Positions 38,796 through 49,143 are shown, counted from the stretch's first letter. The stretch: DNA of 49,143 nucleotides from Acidobacteriota bacterium (GCA_046735235.1 JBKPSY010000162.1:1-49143), one strand, 5' to 3'. A program made the numbers and translations. The notes: a model not told the origin generated them from the sequence alone.

Positions 38796-38802
38796 ACCGA
38801 CC

Positions 38803-39414
38803 TCAGTGCATTCCGCCCATACCCCGGTGAGCGAGCGAGTGCATTTCGAGCAAATCCGCCAGTGCTGAGGCGCGATTGAGGAGACTGTCCATCTCGAGGA
38901 GCGCCTGTTTCTCGAGCGGCGCGAGGTCGAGGTACTGCGCGAGGGCGTGGATGACGTCCACGTCGGGCATCGACGGCGGAATCGACAGCTCGCCGCGATG
39001 CTTCTCGACCATCACCGTCACGAGCGACTCGAGCCGCTGGCGGATCGAGCGCACTTCGAGCGGCGGTGTGCTCGCGGACTCCGCGAGACTCTCGACGCGT
39101 CCGATCCGATACGGGCGCGAGTGGTCTTCGTCCTCGATACGGAAGCGCTCGGTCCCCTGGAGCACGATGTTGAACCGGCCGTCCTGCAGTCGCTCGTGGT
39201 GCGTGATGACGCCCGCGCAGCCGACATCGAACACGGGCGGCCGGCCTTCGTAGTCCTGTTCGAACCCTGGACGCAGCAGCACCATTCCGATCAGCCGGTC
39301 GCCGTCGAGCGCGTCCACGACCATCGCGCGATACCGCGGCTCGAAGATGTGCAGCGGCAGGTAGACGCCGGGGAAGAGGACGACGTTGGGGAGCGGAAAC
39401 AGGGGGATCTGCAT
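38803..39414 (-). CDS. Stand-alone Lon protease N-terminal substrate-binding domain protein
   Basis: IPLFPLPNVVLFPG..LPLHIFEPRYRAM, DGRFNI...G..RFRI, EKQALLE. Confidence 0.9.
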   Translation of the reverse strand: MQIPLFPLPNVVLFPGVYLPLHIFEPRYRAMVVDALDGDRLIGMVLLRPGFEQDYEGRPPVFDVGCAGVITHHERLQDGRFNIVLQGTERFRIEDEDHSRPYRIGRVESLAESASTPPLEVRSIRQRLESLVTVMVEKHRGELSIPPSMPDVDVIHALAQYLDLAPLEKQALLEMDSLLNRASALADLLEMHSLAHRGMGGMH

Positions 39415-39418
39415 CACC

Positions 39419-39487
39419 GACGAACGGACGAATGACGAGTGACGAACTTGAACGACGAACTGAACGACCAGCGGCGAACGACGAGCA
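39419..39487. repeat. 7-mer tandem repeats (GACGAAC family)
   Basis: About 8-9 degenerate units between the VWA stop and the LonN start. Confidence 0.75.
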
Positions 39488-39503
39488 GTCAACCCCGCAG
39501 TCG

Positions 39504-40760
39504 TCAGTGCACTGTTCGAGTCTTTTTGTCCAGATAGTCCATCAGCACGTATTGCCCCAGCGTGTACGGCGTCGTGAAGTACGCCTTGCCGCGGCACATC
39601 TCGGCGACCTTCCGCACGAACGCGACGAGGTCGTAATCGCGCGCCAGCATGAAGGTGTTGATGAGAATCCCCGCCTTCCGGCAGTTTGCGACCTCGCGCA
39701 GCGTCTCCGAGACGACGAGCGGGTCGAGGCCGAAGGCGTTGCGGTAGATGCGCCCGTCGGGCTGCGTCAGGGCAGACGGCTTGCCGTCGGTGATCATCAC
39801 GATCTGCCGCATGTCCTTTCGCTGGCGCTCGAGGATGCGGCGCGCGAGCCGGAGACCCTCACGCGTGTTCGTGTAATAGGGCCCGACCTTCACGCGTCCA
39901 AGCTGGCTGACGGGGACTTCTTCCGCCGAGTCGTGGAACAGCACGAGGTTCAGCGTGTCGCCGGGATACTGTTGACGAATCAGCTGCGAGAGCGCCAGCG
40001 CGACGCGCTTGGCGGGCGTGAAGCGATCCTCCCCGTAGAGGATCATGCTGTGGCTGCAGTCCAGCATGATCACCGTCGCGCAGGAGCTCTGGTATTCGCC
40101 CTGCGCGACGACGAGGTCCTCGTATTCGAGGTCAAGCGTGTCCGTGCGTCCGGGGCCCTGGCGGCGGACGACGTTCAGCACCGTTGCGCTGGCGTCGAGG
40201 TTCAGCGTATCGCCGAACTCGTAGGCCTTCGTCCCGCCGGAGGCCTCGATGCCGGTCGCCTGGTCGCGCGTGTCGTGCCGGCCGAAGCTGCTCTTGCCGA
40301 GTGAGCCCAGCAGGTCGCGCAGCGCGCGATACCCGAGGAAGTCGATGGCCTTGTCGGTGACCTCGAACTTCGTCGGCCGCTCGGGGCCGTTGCCCCCCGC
40401 CCCCGCCTGCTCGCCGCGCGCCTCTGACCTCTGGGGATCCGGCGCCGGCGTGATGTACCCGGACTCCTGCATCCGCTCCATGATCTGGCGGATCAACTCC
40501 TCCAGGCGCTTGCCTGCCTCTTCATCCGCCTGATCGCCCAGGAGCTGGTTGACCGTCTCTTCCGGCAGCACGCCTCCGCTCAGCAACGCCTCCAGGATCG
40601 CGTCATAAAGCGCCTGCATCGAGCGCTCGTCGTCGGAGCCGGAGAAGTAAGGATCCGCGAAGCCGCTCGACAGCAGGAGATCGGACAGCTTCGACATGAG
40701 CTCGTCCATGTCGAGGTCGTCCAGGGGGCTCGGAGTGAACTTGCCGTACTTGAATCTCAT
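39504..40760 (-). CDS. VWA-domain protein
   Basis: [23 protein letters not shown]; [10 protein letters not shown]. Confidence 0.9.
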   Translation of the reverse strand: MRFKYGKFTPSPLDDLDMDELMSKLSDLLLSSGFADPYFSGSDDERSMQALYDAILEALLSGGVLPEETVNQLLGDQADEEAGKRLEELIRQIMERMQESGYITPAPDPQRSEARGEQAGAGGNGPERPTKFEVTDKAIDFLGYRALRDLLGSLGKSSFGRHDTRDQATGIEASGGTKAYEFGDTLNLDASATVLNVVRRQGPGRTDTLDLEYEDLVVAQGEYQSSCATVIMLDCSHSMILYGEDRFTPAKRVALALSQLIRQQYPGDTLNLVLFHDSAEEVPVSQLGRVKVGPYYTNTREGLRLARRILERQRKDMRQIVMITDGKPSALTQPDGRIYRNAFGLDPLVVSETLREVANCRKAGILINTFMLARDYDLVAFVRKVAEMCRGKAYFTTPYTLGQYVLMDYLDKKTRTVH

Positions 40761-40851
40761 AGGTTCGTAGGTCTGTAGGTCTGTGGGTCTGTGGGTCTGT
40801 GGGTCTGTGGGTGGGAGCGACCCTGACCTACCGACCTACCGACCCACAGAC
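40760..40851. repeat. 8-mer tandem array TRGGTCTG with inverted copies (hairpin)
   Basis: About 6 units at 40760-40812, then GACCTACC GACCTACC GACCCACAGAC at 40825-40851. Confidence 0.85.
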
Positions 40852-40858
40852 ATTCCCG

Positions 40859-42373
40859 TCAGTTGTAGTACTTCTTCCGTCCTCCCGGCACCTGCGGCAT
40901 GTCGTCCATCGACGCCTCTTCCCGGCGCGAGGGCCGTTTCGGCGCGGCGGACTCCGCCGCGTGATACCCGTGCTCGTCAGATCGGCTGATGCGTTTGGTG
41001 GCGGCGAGCCCTTCGAGGACGAGCTCGACCGCCGACGCGCGTAGAGGTGCAGACGCGCGCTCGTCCACGCCGACAGCTCGCGTCGCGTCGATCAGGCGGG
41101 GCACACGCGCGGCGCGTCCGAGCAGCTCGTCGGCGCTGAGCGTGTCGTCCATCGGCAGCATGCCGCCTCGATCGAACCAGTCCACGATCGGCGCGGCGTC
41201 GAAGTCGGCCGCGGCCGACTGGAACACGTTGGCGACCGCCGAGCGAATCAGCTCGCGCGCGATGAAGTCGGCGCCCTTGATCTCGCCCTCGTATTCCAGC
41301 TCGAACTTGCCGGTCATCGACGGCAGGGCGGCGTAGATATCCGACACGCGCGCGACGATGGGCGTCTCGCCGGCGACCAGCGATCGGCGTTCCGCGTTGC
41401 TCGCGACGGTTTCGATGACCGAGATCGGCATGCGCTGGCTGACGCCCGAACGCTTGTCGATTCGGCGATCAGCGCGAGCCTGGAACGCCACCTCCTCGAC
41501 GACCTCGCGCACCCAGCTGGGCACCTCGATCGCGCCAGGCTCGTCCGATCGATTGACCCAGGCTTCCTGTGCGGTGATGTCCATCGCCATCCGGCGGGTG
41601 GTGGCGTAGTGTGTGCGGATCTCGGCGCCGAGGCGATCCTTGAGCGGCGTGATGATCTTTCCGCGCGCGGTGTAGTCCTCGGGGTTCGCCGTGAAGGCCA
41701 TCAGGACGTCCAGCCGCAGGCGCACGGGGTAGCCCTTCAACTGCACGTCGCCTTCCTGAAGGATGTTGAAGAGGCCGACCTGGATCTTCCCGGCGAGATC
41801 CGGCAGCTCGTTGATCGCGAAGATCCCGCGGTTTGCCCGCGGCAGCAGCCCGTAGTGCATCGTCTGCTCGTCGCCGAGCTCGAGGCCCTTGCGCGCGGCC
41901 TTGATCGGATCGACGTCGCCGATGAGATCCGCGATGGTCACGTCTGGAGTGGCCAGCTTCTCGACGTAACGCGCGTCGCGATCCAGCCACTCGATTGGCA
42001 GGTCGTCACCGGCGGCGGCGACTTTGGCCTTGCACGACGCACACAGCGGCGCGAACGGGTTGTCGCGGATCTCGCAACCGGCCACCACGGGAATCGCGTC
42101 GTCCAGCAACGTCGCGAGCCCCCGGAGCAGCCGCGTCTTCGCCTGGCCGCGCAGCCCGAGCAGGATGAAATTGTGTTTCGAGAGCAGCGCGTTCACCAGC
42201 TGCGGGACAACCGTCTCGTCGTAGCCGACCACGCCTGAAAAGATGGAGCCGCCGGATCGAAGCCGGCGAATGAGGTTGCTGCGAACTTCGTCCTTCACCG
42301 AAGGGTGATGGACGAGCCCGGCCGCGCGGCGCAGCGCGCCAAGCGTGGACGGACGCTGTGAAGTAGTTGCCAT
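40859..42373 (-). CDS. AAA+ ATPase of the chelatase/MoxR-related clade, paired with the VWA protein
   Basis: [44 protein letters not shown]. Start ATG 42373 preceded by TACAAT-N5. Confidence 0.85.
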   Translation of the reverse strand: MATTSQRPSTLGALRRAAGLVHHPSVKDEVRSNLIRRLRSGGSIFSGVVGYDETVVPQLVNALLSKHNFILLGLRGQAKTRLLRGLATLLDDAIPVVAGCEIRDNPFAPLCASCKAKVAAAGDDLPIEWLDRDARYVEKLATPDVTIADLIGDVDPIKAARKGLELGDEQTMHYGLLPRANRGIFAINELPDLAGKIQVGLFNILQEGDVQLKGYPVRLRLDVLMAFTANPEDYTARGKIITPLKDRLGAEIRTHYATTRRMAMDITAQEAWVNRSDEPGAIEVPSWVREVVEEVAFQARADRRIDKRSGVSQRMPISVIETVASNAERRSLVAGETPIVARVSDIYAALPSMTGKFELEYEGEIKGADFIARELIRSAVANVFQSAAADFDAAPIVDWFDRGGMLPMDDTLSADELLGRAARVPRLIDATRAVGVDERASAPLRASAVELVLEGLAATKRISRSDEHGYHAAESAAPKRPSRREEASMDDMPQVPGGRKKYYN

Positions 42374-42398
42374 GTCCGATTGTACTCCCCGGGGAGAA

Positions 42399-42556
42399 GT
42401 CCATGGGTCCATAGGTCCATGAGCCCATGGGCAAACGCCGGGCTCATCCCATGCCCCCAATGCACACATGCGCCCATGCGCCCATGCACCCATACGCGCC
42501 CATACGCCCATGCGCCATAGACCTCACCGGGCCCGTAGGTCCGCAGGTCCGTAGGT
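42399..42556. repeat. Mixed 8-mer arrays (GTCCATGG, GCGCCCAT, TCCGTAGG)
   Basis: Fills the divergent AAA/GDPD spacer; the 19 nt GTCCATGGGTCCATAGGTC are identical to 659-677. Confidence 0.85.
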
Positions 42557-42575
42557 AGAATGGCGGCCGGCACCG

Positions 42576-43388
42576 ATGGCGTCCCCTGCTGAGCTCGCGA
42601 CCCGTCCGCTCGTGTTCGCCCATCGCGGCGGCCGCGCGCTGGGTCCCGAGAACACGCTCGTGGCGCTGGACAACGGCTTTGCCGCTGGCGCCGACGGCGC
42701 CGAGTTCGACGTCCAGCTGTCCGGAGACGGTCACCCCGTCGTGATCCACGACACCACGCTCGATCGGACGACGAACGCGACCGGCCCGGTCGCGGGACGA
42801 ACCATCGCGGAGCTTGGCGCGATCGACGCGACCGCCCGCTACGGTGTCGATCTCGAGCACGCCTGGTCTGGCGAGCGAGGCGGCGTGCCAACGCTGGACG
42901 CCGTCCTCGCGCGTTACCCCGGACGTGCGTTGATCCTCGAAATGAAGGGGGAAAACCCGGCGCTCGGCGCGGCCGTTGTCGATGCCGTGCGCCGCGCGAA
43001 CGCGACGGGGCGCGTCTGCCTGGGATCGTTTTCAGCCGAGGTGCTGGCCGAAGCACGACGCGCCGGACCCGAGATCGCGACGAGCGCCAGCCGCGAAGAG
43101 AGCCTGCGCGCGCTGCAGCGATCGTGGCTTTTCCTCTCGCCGGGCGTCGTGGCCTATCGCGCGTTCCAAGTGCCCGAGCGCGCCGGTCGCATTCGCGTCG
43201 TGTCGCCGCGCTTCGTGCGCTCGGTGCATCGATCGCGCTGTGCCGTGCAGGTATGGACGGTCAACGAGGAGGTGGATATGCGACGCCTTCTTGCATACGG
43301 CGTCGACGGGTTGATCAGCGATCGCCCAGATCTTGCGGTGCGCGTGCGGGATGCGTGGGTCGCGGAACGCGACAGGTCCCGATCGTAG
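42576..43388 (+). CDS. Glycerophosphodiester phosphodiesterase
   Basis: AHRGG...PENT, EFDV, IHD.TLDRTT, LEMK, WTVN, GVDGLISDRPD. Confidence 0.93.
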   Translation: MASPAELATRPLVFAHRGGRALGPENTLVALDNGFAAGADGAEFDVQLSGDGHPVVIHDTTLDRTTNATGPVAGRTIAELGAIDATARYGVDLEHAWSGERGGVPTLDAVLARYPGRALILEMKGENPALGAAVVDAVRRANATGRVCLGSFSAEVLAEARRAGPEIATSASREESLRALQRSWLFLSPGVVAYRAFQVPERAGRIRVVSPRFVRSVHRSRCAVQVWTVNEEVDMRRLLAYGVDGLISDRPDLAVRVRDAWVAERDRSRS

Positions 43389-43531
43389 GGCCGAACGCCG
43401 GCCGGCCATCGCGCATGAGACCCATGCGTCGCACTGATGGATGTCGCTCGATCCCCCTGAAACTCTGGCGCATGATCCGATAATGGATTTAGAATAGGGT
43501 GTTTGTCTGGACCCAGAGGACGCTGAATCCC

Positions 43532-46213
43532 ATGAGAAACATCGCGGTCAATCAGGACCCGGCCGTCGAAGCGCTGGAGACCCGGGAATGGCAGGACTCG
43601 CTCGCGTATGTCCTGCAGCAGGGTGGGGGCGTTCGACGCGCGGCGGATCTGCTCCGCCAGCTTGAATTCCACGCTCGCCAGACCGGTTTCCGCCTGCCGT
43701 TCACCGCGAGCACGCCCTACGTCAACACGATTCCGGCATCGCAGCAGCCGGCGTTTCCGGGCAACCAGGCCATCGAACGCCGCATCAAGAGCCTCGTCCG
43801 CTGGAACGCGCTCTCGATGGTCGTCCGCGCCAACAAGCTGAGTGACGGCATCGGCGGCCACATCTCCACGTTCGCCTCCGCAGCGACGCTCTACGAGATC
43901 GGCTTCAACCATTTCTTCAAGGGCAAAGGCGCTGGTCACGACGGCGACGTCATCTTCTTCCAGGGCCACGCCGCGCCTGGCATCTACTCTCGCGCGTTCC
44001 TCGAAGGCCGCATCTCGCTGAAGCAGGTCGAGAACTTCCGTCGCGAGCTGCAGGATGGCGGCGGCCTCTCGTCGTATCCGCATCCGTGGCTGATGCCGGA
44101 CTTCTGGGAATACCCGACGGTCTCGATGGGCCTCGGCCCGATCATGTCGATCTACCAGGCGCGCTTCATGCGGCACCTCGAGGATCGCGGCCTGATGCCG
44201 GCGGCGCAGAGGAAGGTGTGGGCGTTCCTCGGCGACGGCGAGACCGACGAGCCCGAGTCGCTCGGCGCGATCACGCTGGCCTCGCGCGAGAAGCTCGACA
44301 ACCTGATCTTCGTCATCAACTGCAACCTGCAGCGGCTCGACGGCCCGGTTCGCGGCAACGGCCAGATCATCCAGGAGCTCGAAGCGGCCTTCCGCGGCGC
44401 GGGCTGGAACGTGATCAAAAACATCTGGGGCAGCGACTGGGATCCGCTGTTCGAGCGCGACACCGAGGGTCTGCTGGCGCAGCGCCTCGGCGAGATCGTC
44501 GACGGGCAGTACCAGAAGTACTCCGTCGAGTCGGGCGCCTACATCCGCGAGCATCTCTTCGGCACGGATCCGCGGCTCCTCGAGCTCGTGAAGCACCTCA
44601 GCGACGATGAGATCCGCAAGCTGCGGCTCGGCGGCCACGATCCCGTCAAGGTCTATGCGGCGTACGCGTCGGCCGTGGCGCACAAGGGCCAGCCGACCGT
44701 CATCCTCGCCCGCACGGTCAAGGGTTACGGCCTCGGCGAAGCCGGCGAAGGCAAGAACATCACGCACCAGCAGAAGAAGCTGAACGAGGACGAGCTCAAG
44801 GCGTTCCGGGAGCGGTTCTCGATCGAAATCTCGGACGAGCAGGTCCACAAGTCGCCGTTCTTCCGTCCGGCCGACGACGCGCCGGAGATGCAGTACTTGC
44901 ATTCGCGGCGGAAGGCGCTCGGCGGATACGTGCCGTCGCGCAAGCCGACGAGCGACACGGTGTCGAAGAACCTCGAACCGATCTTCGAGGAGTTCTACGC
45001 CGGCACCGAAGGCCGCAAAGCGTCCACGACGATGGTCTTCGTCAAGATGCTGGCAAAGATGCTGCGCGACCCGGACATCGGCAAGCTGGTCGTGCCGATC
45101 GTGCCGGACGAGGCGCGGACGTTCGGCATGGAGGCGCTGTTCCGCCAGGTGGGCATCTACTCGCACGCGGGTCAGCTCTACGAGCCCGTCGACAGCGACA
45201 CGCTGCTCTACTACAAGGAAGCGCGCGACGGGCAGATCTTCGAAGAGGGGATCACCGAAGCCGGGTCGATGTCGACGTTCATCGCGGCAGGCACGGCCTA
45301 CGCGACGCACGGGCTCAACACGATTCCGTTTTTCATCTACTACTCGATGTTCGGGTTCCAGCGCATCGGCGATCTGATCTGGGCCGCGGGCGACGCGCGC
45401 TGCCGCGGGTTCCTCCTCGGCGGCACGGCCGGCCGGACGACGCTGGCGGGCGAGGGGTTGCAGCACCAGGACGGCAACTCGCACGTGCTGTCGCTGCCGG
45501 TGCCCAACTGCGTCTCGTACGACCCGGCGTTTGCCTACGAGATGGCTGTCATCATCCAGGATGGCATCCGCCGGATGTACGGCAACGGCGAGAGCATCTT
45601 CTACTACCTGACCGTGATGAACGAGCCCGTGGAGATGCCCGCGATGCCGGACGGCGCGCGCGAGGGCATCCTCAAGGGGATGTATAAGCTGAAGGCGACG
45701 TCGAAGCCCAAGGCGAAGTTGCGCGCGCAGCTCTTCGGCAGCGGCTCGATCCTGCCCGAGGCCGTGCAGGCGCAGCAGATCCTCGAAGAGAAGTACGACG
45801 TCGGCGCCGACGTCTGGAGCGTCACGAGCTACGGCGAGCTCTACCGCGACGGCCATGCGGCGGAACGGTGGAACATGCTGCACCCCGCCGAGACGCCGAA
45901 GGTGCCGTACGTGACGCAGTGCCTGGCCGACGCGCCTGGCGTTTTCGTCGCGGCATCGGACTATCTCAAGGCGCTGCCCGACGCGATCGATCGCTGGACG
46001 CCAAGGAAGCTCGTGTCGCTCGGCACCGACGGGTTTGGCCGCAGCGAAGCGCGCGCCGATCTCCGAAATCACTTCGAAGTGGACGCCCGCTTCATCGTCA
46101 TCGCGACGCTGTCGGCGCTCATGCGCGACGGCAAACTGGACGCGAAGGTGGTGCAGAAGGCGATTGCCGATCTCGGGATCAACGCCGAGAAGGCGAATCC
46201 GGCTACGGCATAG
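43532..46213 (+). CDS. aceE: Pyruvate dehydrogenase E1, homodimeric type
   Basis: ETREW, YVNTIP, GGHIST, SSYPHPWLMP, GDGETDEPES, NCNLQRLDGPVRGN, YSMFGFQR. SD GAGGA. Confidence 0.97.
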   Translation: MRNIAVNQDPAVEALETREWQDSLAYVLQQGGGVRRAADLLRQLEFHARQTGFRLPFTASTPYVNTIPASQQPAFPGNQAIERRIKSLVRWNALSMVVRANKLSDGIGGHISTFASAATLYEIGFNHFFKGKGAGHDGDVIFFQGHAAPGIYSRAFLEGRISLKQVENFRRELQDGGGLSSYPHPWLMPDFWEYPTVSMGLGPIMSIYQARFMRHLEDRGLMPAAQRKVWAFLGDGETDEPESLGAITLASREKLDNLIFVINCNLQRLDGPVRGNGQIIQELEAAFRGAGWNVIKNIWGSDWDPLFERDTEGLLAQRLGEIVDGQYQKYSVESGAYIREHLFGTDPRLLELVKHLSDDEIRKLRLGGHDPVKVYAAYASAVAHKGQPTVILARTVKGYGLGEAGEGKNITHQQKKLNEDELKAFRERFSIEISDEQVHKSPFFRPADDAPEMQYLHSRRKALGGYVPSRKPTSDTVSKNLEPIFEEFYAGTEGRKASTTMVFVKMLAKMLRDPDIGKLVVPIVPDEARTFGMEALFRQVGIYSHAGQLYEPVDSDTLLYYKEARDGQIFEEGITEAGSMSTFIAAGTAYATHGLNTIPFFIYYSMFGFQRIGDLIWAAGDARCRGFLLGGTAGRTTLAGEGLQHQDGNSHVLSLPVPNCVSYDPAFAYEMAVIIQDGIRRMYGNGESIFYYLTVMNEPVEMPAMPDGAREGILKGMYKLKATSKPKAKLRAQLFGSGSILPEAVQAQQILEEKYDVGADVWSVTSYGELYRDGHAAERWNMLHPAETPKVPYVTQCLADAPGVFVAASDYLKALPDAIDRWTPRKLVSLGTDGFGRSEARADLRNHFEVDARFIVIATLSALMRDGKLDAKVVQKAIADLGINAEKANPATA

Positions 46214-46217
46214 TGAA

Positions 46218-46286
46218 GCGGTTGGCGGGCAGCTGGCAGCGGGCAGGATCGCAATTGCTGCCAGCCGCCAGCCGACTGCAGCCAGC
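46218..46286. repeat. 7-mer repeat hairpin (GCTGGCA family) between aceE and aceF
   Basis: 4 units GCKGGCA-like followed by 4 inverted units. Confidence 0.75.
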
Positions 46287-46309
46287 GATAGCATCTCCGA
46301 GAGGGACCA

Positions 46310-47665
46310 GTGGCTGACTTCGTAATTCCCGAACTTGGCGAGAACGTCGCCGCCGGCGACGTGGTTCGCATCATGGTGAAGCCGGGCGATCAGCTGAAGA
46401 AGGATCAGCCCGTTCTCGAGCTCGAGACCGACAAGGCGACGATCGAAGTTCCGTCCAGCATCGCGGGCGTCGTCAAGGAGATCAAGGTCAAGCAGGGTCA
46501 GAAGGTCAAGGTCGGCGAGGTTGTCCTGACGGTCGATGAATCGGCGTCTGTGGCAGCGGCGCCAGCGGCAGCGCCTTCGGCAGCCCCGGCATCGGCAGCG
46601 GGCGCACCGACCGCATCCAGCGCCCCGCCCGCACCCGCACCGTCCGCACCGACCGCACCACCACCCGCACCTTCCGCACCCGGTTCAAAGGTGGTCGATA
46701 TCAATCGCGGGCCTTCGCGACCAGCGGCGGCGTCGGCGCCGCAATCGGCTCCTGGCGCATCGAGCGCGGCCGCGCAGGTGGCAGCCGCGCCCTCGACGCG
46801 ACGTTACGCGCGCGAGCTCGGCGTAGACATCACGACGGTGGACGGATCGGGCCCCGGCGGGCGCGTCTCGGTGGACGACGTGAAGGCGCAGGCGCGGAGC
46901 ATCATCGGCGGCGGTGGCGGCGGCAGAATTGCCGCGGCGCCGTTGCCCGATTTCTCGCAGTGGGGCGAGGTCGAGGTGCAGCCGCTCAAAACGATCCGGC
47001 GCATCACGGCCGAGCGCATGGCGCAGACCTGGGCGACCGTTCCGCACGTCACGCAGTGCGACAAGGCGGATGTCACCGAGCTCGAGAAGCTGCGTCAGAA
47101 GTATGCGAAAAAGGCCGAGAAGGCCGGCGGCAAGCTGACGATCACCGCCATCGCGCTCAAGGTGATTGCCGGCGCGCTCAAGACGTTTCCCGACTTCAAC
47201 TCGTCCCTCGACGTCGCGGGCAACGCGCTCGTCCTGAAGAAGTACGTCCACATCGGCGTGGCCGTCGACACAGAGCGCGGACTGCTCGTGCCGGTCATCC
47301 GCAACGTGGACCAGAAGAACATCGTCCAGCTCTCGGTCGAGCTCGCTGAGTTCGCTGAGAAGACCAAGGCCGGCAAGCTCCAACCGGCCGAGATGCAGGG
47401 CGGCTCGTTCACGATCAGCAACCTGGGCGGCATCGGCGGCACGTACTTTACGCCGATCATCAACGCGCCCGAGGTGGCCATCCTTGGAATGTCGCGCTCG
47501 GTGACCGAGCCAGTCTGGACCGGCGAGTCGTTCGAGCCGCGGCTGATGATGCCGCTGTCGCTCTCGTACGACCACCGCGTGATCGACGGCGCCAACGCCA
47601 TCCGATTCCTGCGCTGGGTGTGCGAGGCGTTCGAGCAGCCCTTCCTGCTGTCGCTCGAGGGATAG
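46310..47665 (+). CDS. aceF: Dihydrolipoamide acetyltransferase E2, single lipoyl domain
   Basis: LETDKATIEVP (lipoyl-Lys), Ala/Pro linker, AAPSTRRYARELGVD, LSYDHRVIDGA. Confidence 0.95.
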   Translation: MADFVIPELGENVAAGDVVRIMVKPGDQLKKDQPVLELETDKATIEVPSSIAGVVKEIKVKQGQKVKVGEVVLTVDESASVAAAPAAAPSAAPASAAGAPTASSAPPAPAPSAPTAPPPAPSAPGSKVVDINRGPSRPAAASAPQSAPGASSAAAQVAAAPSTRRYARELGVDITTVDGSGPGGRVSVDDVKAQARSIIGGGGGGRIAAAPLPDFSQWGEVEVQPLKTIRRITAERMAQTWATVPHVTQCDKADVTELEKLRQKYAKKAEKAGGKLTITAIALKVIAGALKTFPDFNSSLDVAGNALVLKKYVHIGVAVDTERGLLVPVIRNVDQKNIVQLSVELAEFAEKTKAGKLQPAEMQGGSFTISNLGGIGGTYFTPIINAPEVAILGMSRSVTEPVWTGESFEPRLMMPLSLSYDHRVIDGANAIRFLRWVCEAFEQPFLLSLEG

Positions 47666-47672
47666 CGACACC

Positions 47673-47770
47673 GTAGCGGGCGGCCGGCTGCTGGCGGCTG
47701 GCAGCGACTGCCCGCGGACTGGCCCACGGCCTCGACCACTGCCTGCTGCCCGCTGTCTGCTGCCAGCTAC
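47673..47770. repeat. 7-mer repeat hairpin (GCTGGCA family) between aceF and lpdA
   Basis: GTAGC...GCTAC-bounded inverted arrays ending 3 nt before the lpdA ATG. Confidence 0.75.
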
Positions 47771-47773
47771 ACC

Positions 47774-49143
47774 ATGCCTACTACAGTCGATCTCATCGTC
47801 ATCGGCGCCGGCCCTGGCGGGTACTCCGCCGCCTTCTATGCCGCGGACCGCGGCCTTACGGTCGCGCTCGTCGATCGTGAAGTGAATCCCGGCGGCGTGT
47901 GCGTCTATCGCGGATGCATTCCGTCGAAGGCGCTCCTGCACGTCGCCAAGCTCGTGGACGAAGCCGCGCACGCGTCGGCCTGGGGCGTCGACTTCGGCAA
48001 GCCGGCGATCGACGTCAACAAGCTGCGCGCGTTCAAAGACAAGGTGGTCAACCAGCTGACGAGCGGCACCGGCCAGCTGGCGAAGGCGCGGAAGATCAAG
48101 TACCTCCGCGGCGACGCGACGCTGACGAGCCCGACGACGCTGGACGTGGCGCTGACGGCGGGTGGAACCGAACAGGTGACGTTCGGGCACGCGATCATCG
48201 CCGTCGGATCGCATCCCGCGACGGTGCCGGGGCTCTCCATCGACAGCCGGCGCGTGATGGATTCGACCGGCGGCCTCGAGCTCGAGAGCGTGCCGAAGAC
48301 GCTGCTCGTCGTCGGCGGCGGCTACATCGGCCTCGAGCTCGGCAGCGTCTACGCCGCACTCGGCAGCAAGGTGACCGTCGTCGAAATGACGGCGGGTCTG
48401 CTGCCGGGCGCCGACCGCGATCTCGTCGCGGTGCTCGCCAAGCGCATCGAGAAGATCTGCGACGCAGTGCTCCTTTCGACGAAGGTCGTCGGCATGGCGG
48501 AGCAGAAGGACGGCGTCAAGGTCACCTTCGAAGATCCGTCGATGGCGCGGCGCGACCAGGTGTTCGAGAAGGTGCTGGTGTCGATCGGCCGGAAGCCCAA
48601 CTCGCTCGCGGGCCTGGACAAGACGAAGGTCGAAGTCGACAAGCGCGGCTTCATCCAGATCGACGGGCGTCGCCGCACCGCCGAGCCCACGCTCTACGCC
48701 ATCGGCGACGTCGCCGGCGAGCCGATGCTGGCGCACAAGGCGTCCCACGAAGGCCGCGTCGCCGTCGAAGCCATTCTCGGCGAGGACGTCGTCTTCGAGC
48801 CTGCGGCCATCCCGGCGGTGGTGTTCACGGATCCCGAGCTGGCATGGGCCGGTCTCACGGAGGGCGAAGCCCAGAAGGCGGGGCGCGCGGTGGAGATTGC
48901 CAAGTTCCCGTGGGCCGCGTCGGGCCGCGCGATGACGCTCGATCGGACCGATGGACTCACGAAGCTCGTCATCGAGCCCGGCACCGAGCGTGTGCTCGGC
49001 GTCGGCATCGTCGGGCCAGGCGCCGGGGAGATGATCGCGGAAGGCACGCTGGCCATCGAAATGGGCGCGGTCGCGAAGGATCTCGCGCTCACGATACACG
49101 CCCATCCGACGCTGTCGGAAACCGTGATGGAGTCGGCCGAGAT
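47774..49143 (+). CDS. lpdA: Dihydrolipoamide dehydrogenase E3 (3' end outside the window)
   Basis: Not in the ORF track. [54 protein letters not shown]. Confidence 0.96.
   Translation, partial: MPTTVDLIVIGAGPGGYSAAFYAADRGLTVALVDREVNPGGVCVYRGCIPSKALLHVAKLVDEAAHASAWGVDFGKPAIDVNKLRAFKDKVVNQLTSGTGQLAKARKIKYLRGDATLTSPTTLDVALTAGGTEQVTFGHAIIAVGSHPATVPGLSIDSRRVMDSTGGLELESVPKTLLVVGGGYIGLELGSVYAALGSKVTVVEMTAGLLPGADRDLVAVLAKRIEKICDAVLLSTKVVGMAEQKDGVKVTFEDPSMARRDQVFEKVLVSIGRKPNSLAGLDKTKVEVDKRGFIQIDGRRRTAEPTLYAIGDVAGEPMLAHKASHEGRVAVEAILGEDVVFEPAAIPAVVFTDPELAWAGLTEGEAQKAGRAVEIAKFPWAASGRAMTLDRTDGLTKLVIEPGTERVLGVGIVGPGAGEMIAEGTLAIEMGAVAKDLALTIHAHPTLSETVMESAE

Noticed and set aside
40859-42373. Magnesium chelatase / photosynthesis gene
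   Set aside because: Only related to the chelatase AAA clade; no bchH/bchD or pigment genes nearby, and the partner is a generic VWA protein.
42374-42511. N-terminal extensions in the ORF track (AAA, LonN, folE, Gfo, GH29, GPH, beta-helix, DUF1801, YpdA)
   Set aside because: They translate repeat arrays or overlap neighbouring genes; better starts with an SD or -10 box lie downstream.
46540-46790. GCACC-rich repeats inside aceF
   Set aside because: They encode the ordinary Ala/Pro linker of E2 subunits.

Overview
GC-rich (roughly two-thirds G+C by eye) bacterial chromosomal window. Oar-type TonB-dependent receptors, YpdA, a Tes homolog and homodimeric AceE suggest Acidobacteriota, possibly Vicinamibacteria (inference). 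In order it holds: two tandem Oar-like TonB-dependent receptors, a thiolase, a compact xylan-utilisation cluster (GH10, GH120-like beta-helix protein, GPH symporter, GH3), a TPR protein divergent from folE, an anion permease, a Tat oxidoreductase, an esterase, a GH29 fucosidase, pepF, a radical SAM homolog of the archaeal tetraether synthase Tes, a Cus-type Cu/Ag efflux operon, an S9 peptidase, ypdA, a LonN/VWA/AAA operon, a GDPD and aceE-aceF-lpdA. Best leads: (1) a small secreted Cys-Cys/Pro-rich ORF ahead of the Cus operon, with an anti-SD 8 nt after its stop that can sequester the SD of the next gene, a candidate metal-sensing leader-peptide switch; (2) the bacterial Tes homolog, which lacks the N-terminal auxiliary-cluster cysteines; (3) many 7/8/9-mer tandem-repeat hairpins and REP-like elements in intergenic spacers, including a nested four-way-junction element; (4) recurrent leaderless-type starts. 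No CRISPR, rRNA, tRNA or transposase was recognised. All calls come from reading the sequence; no searches were run.
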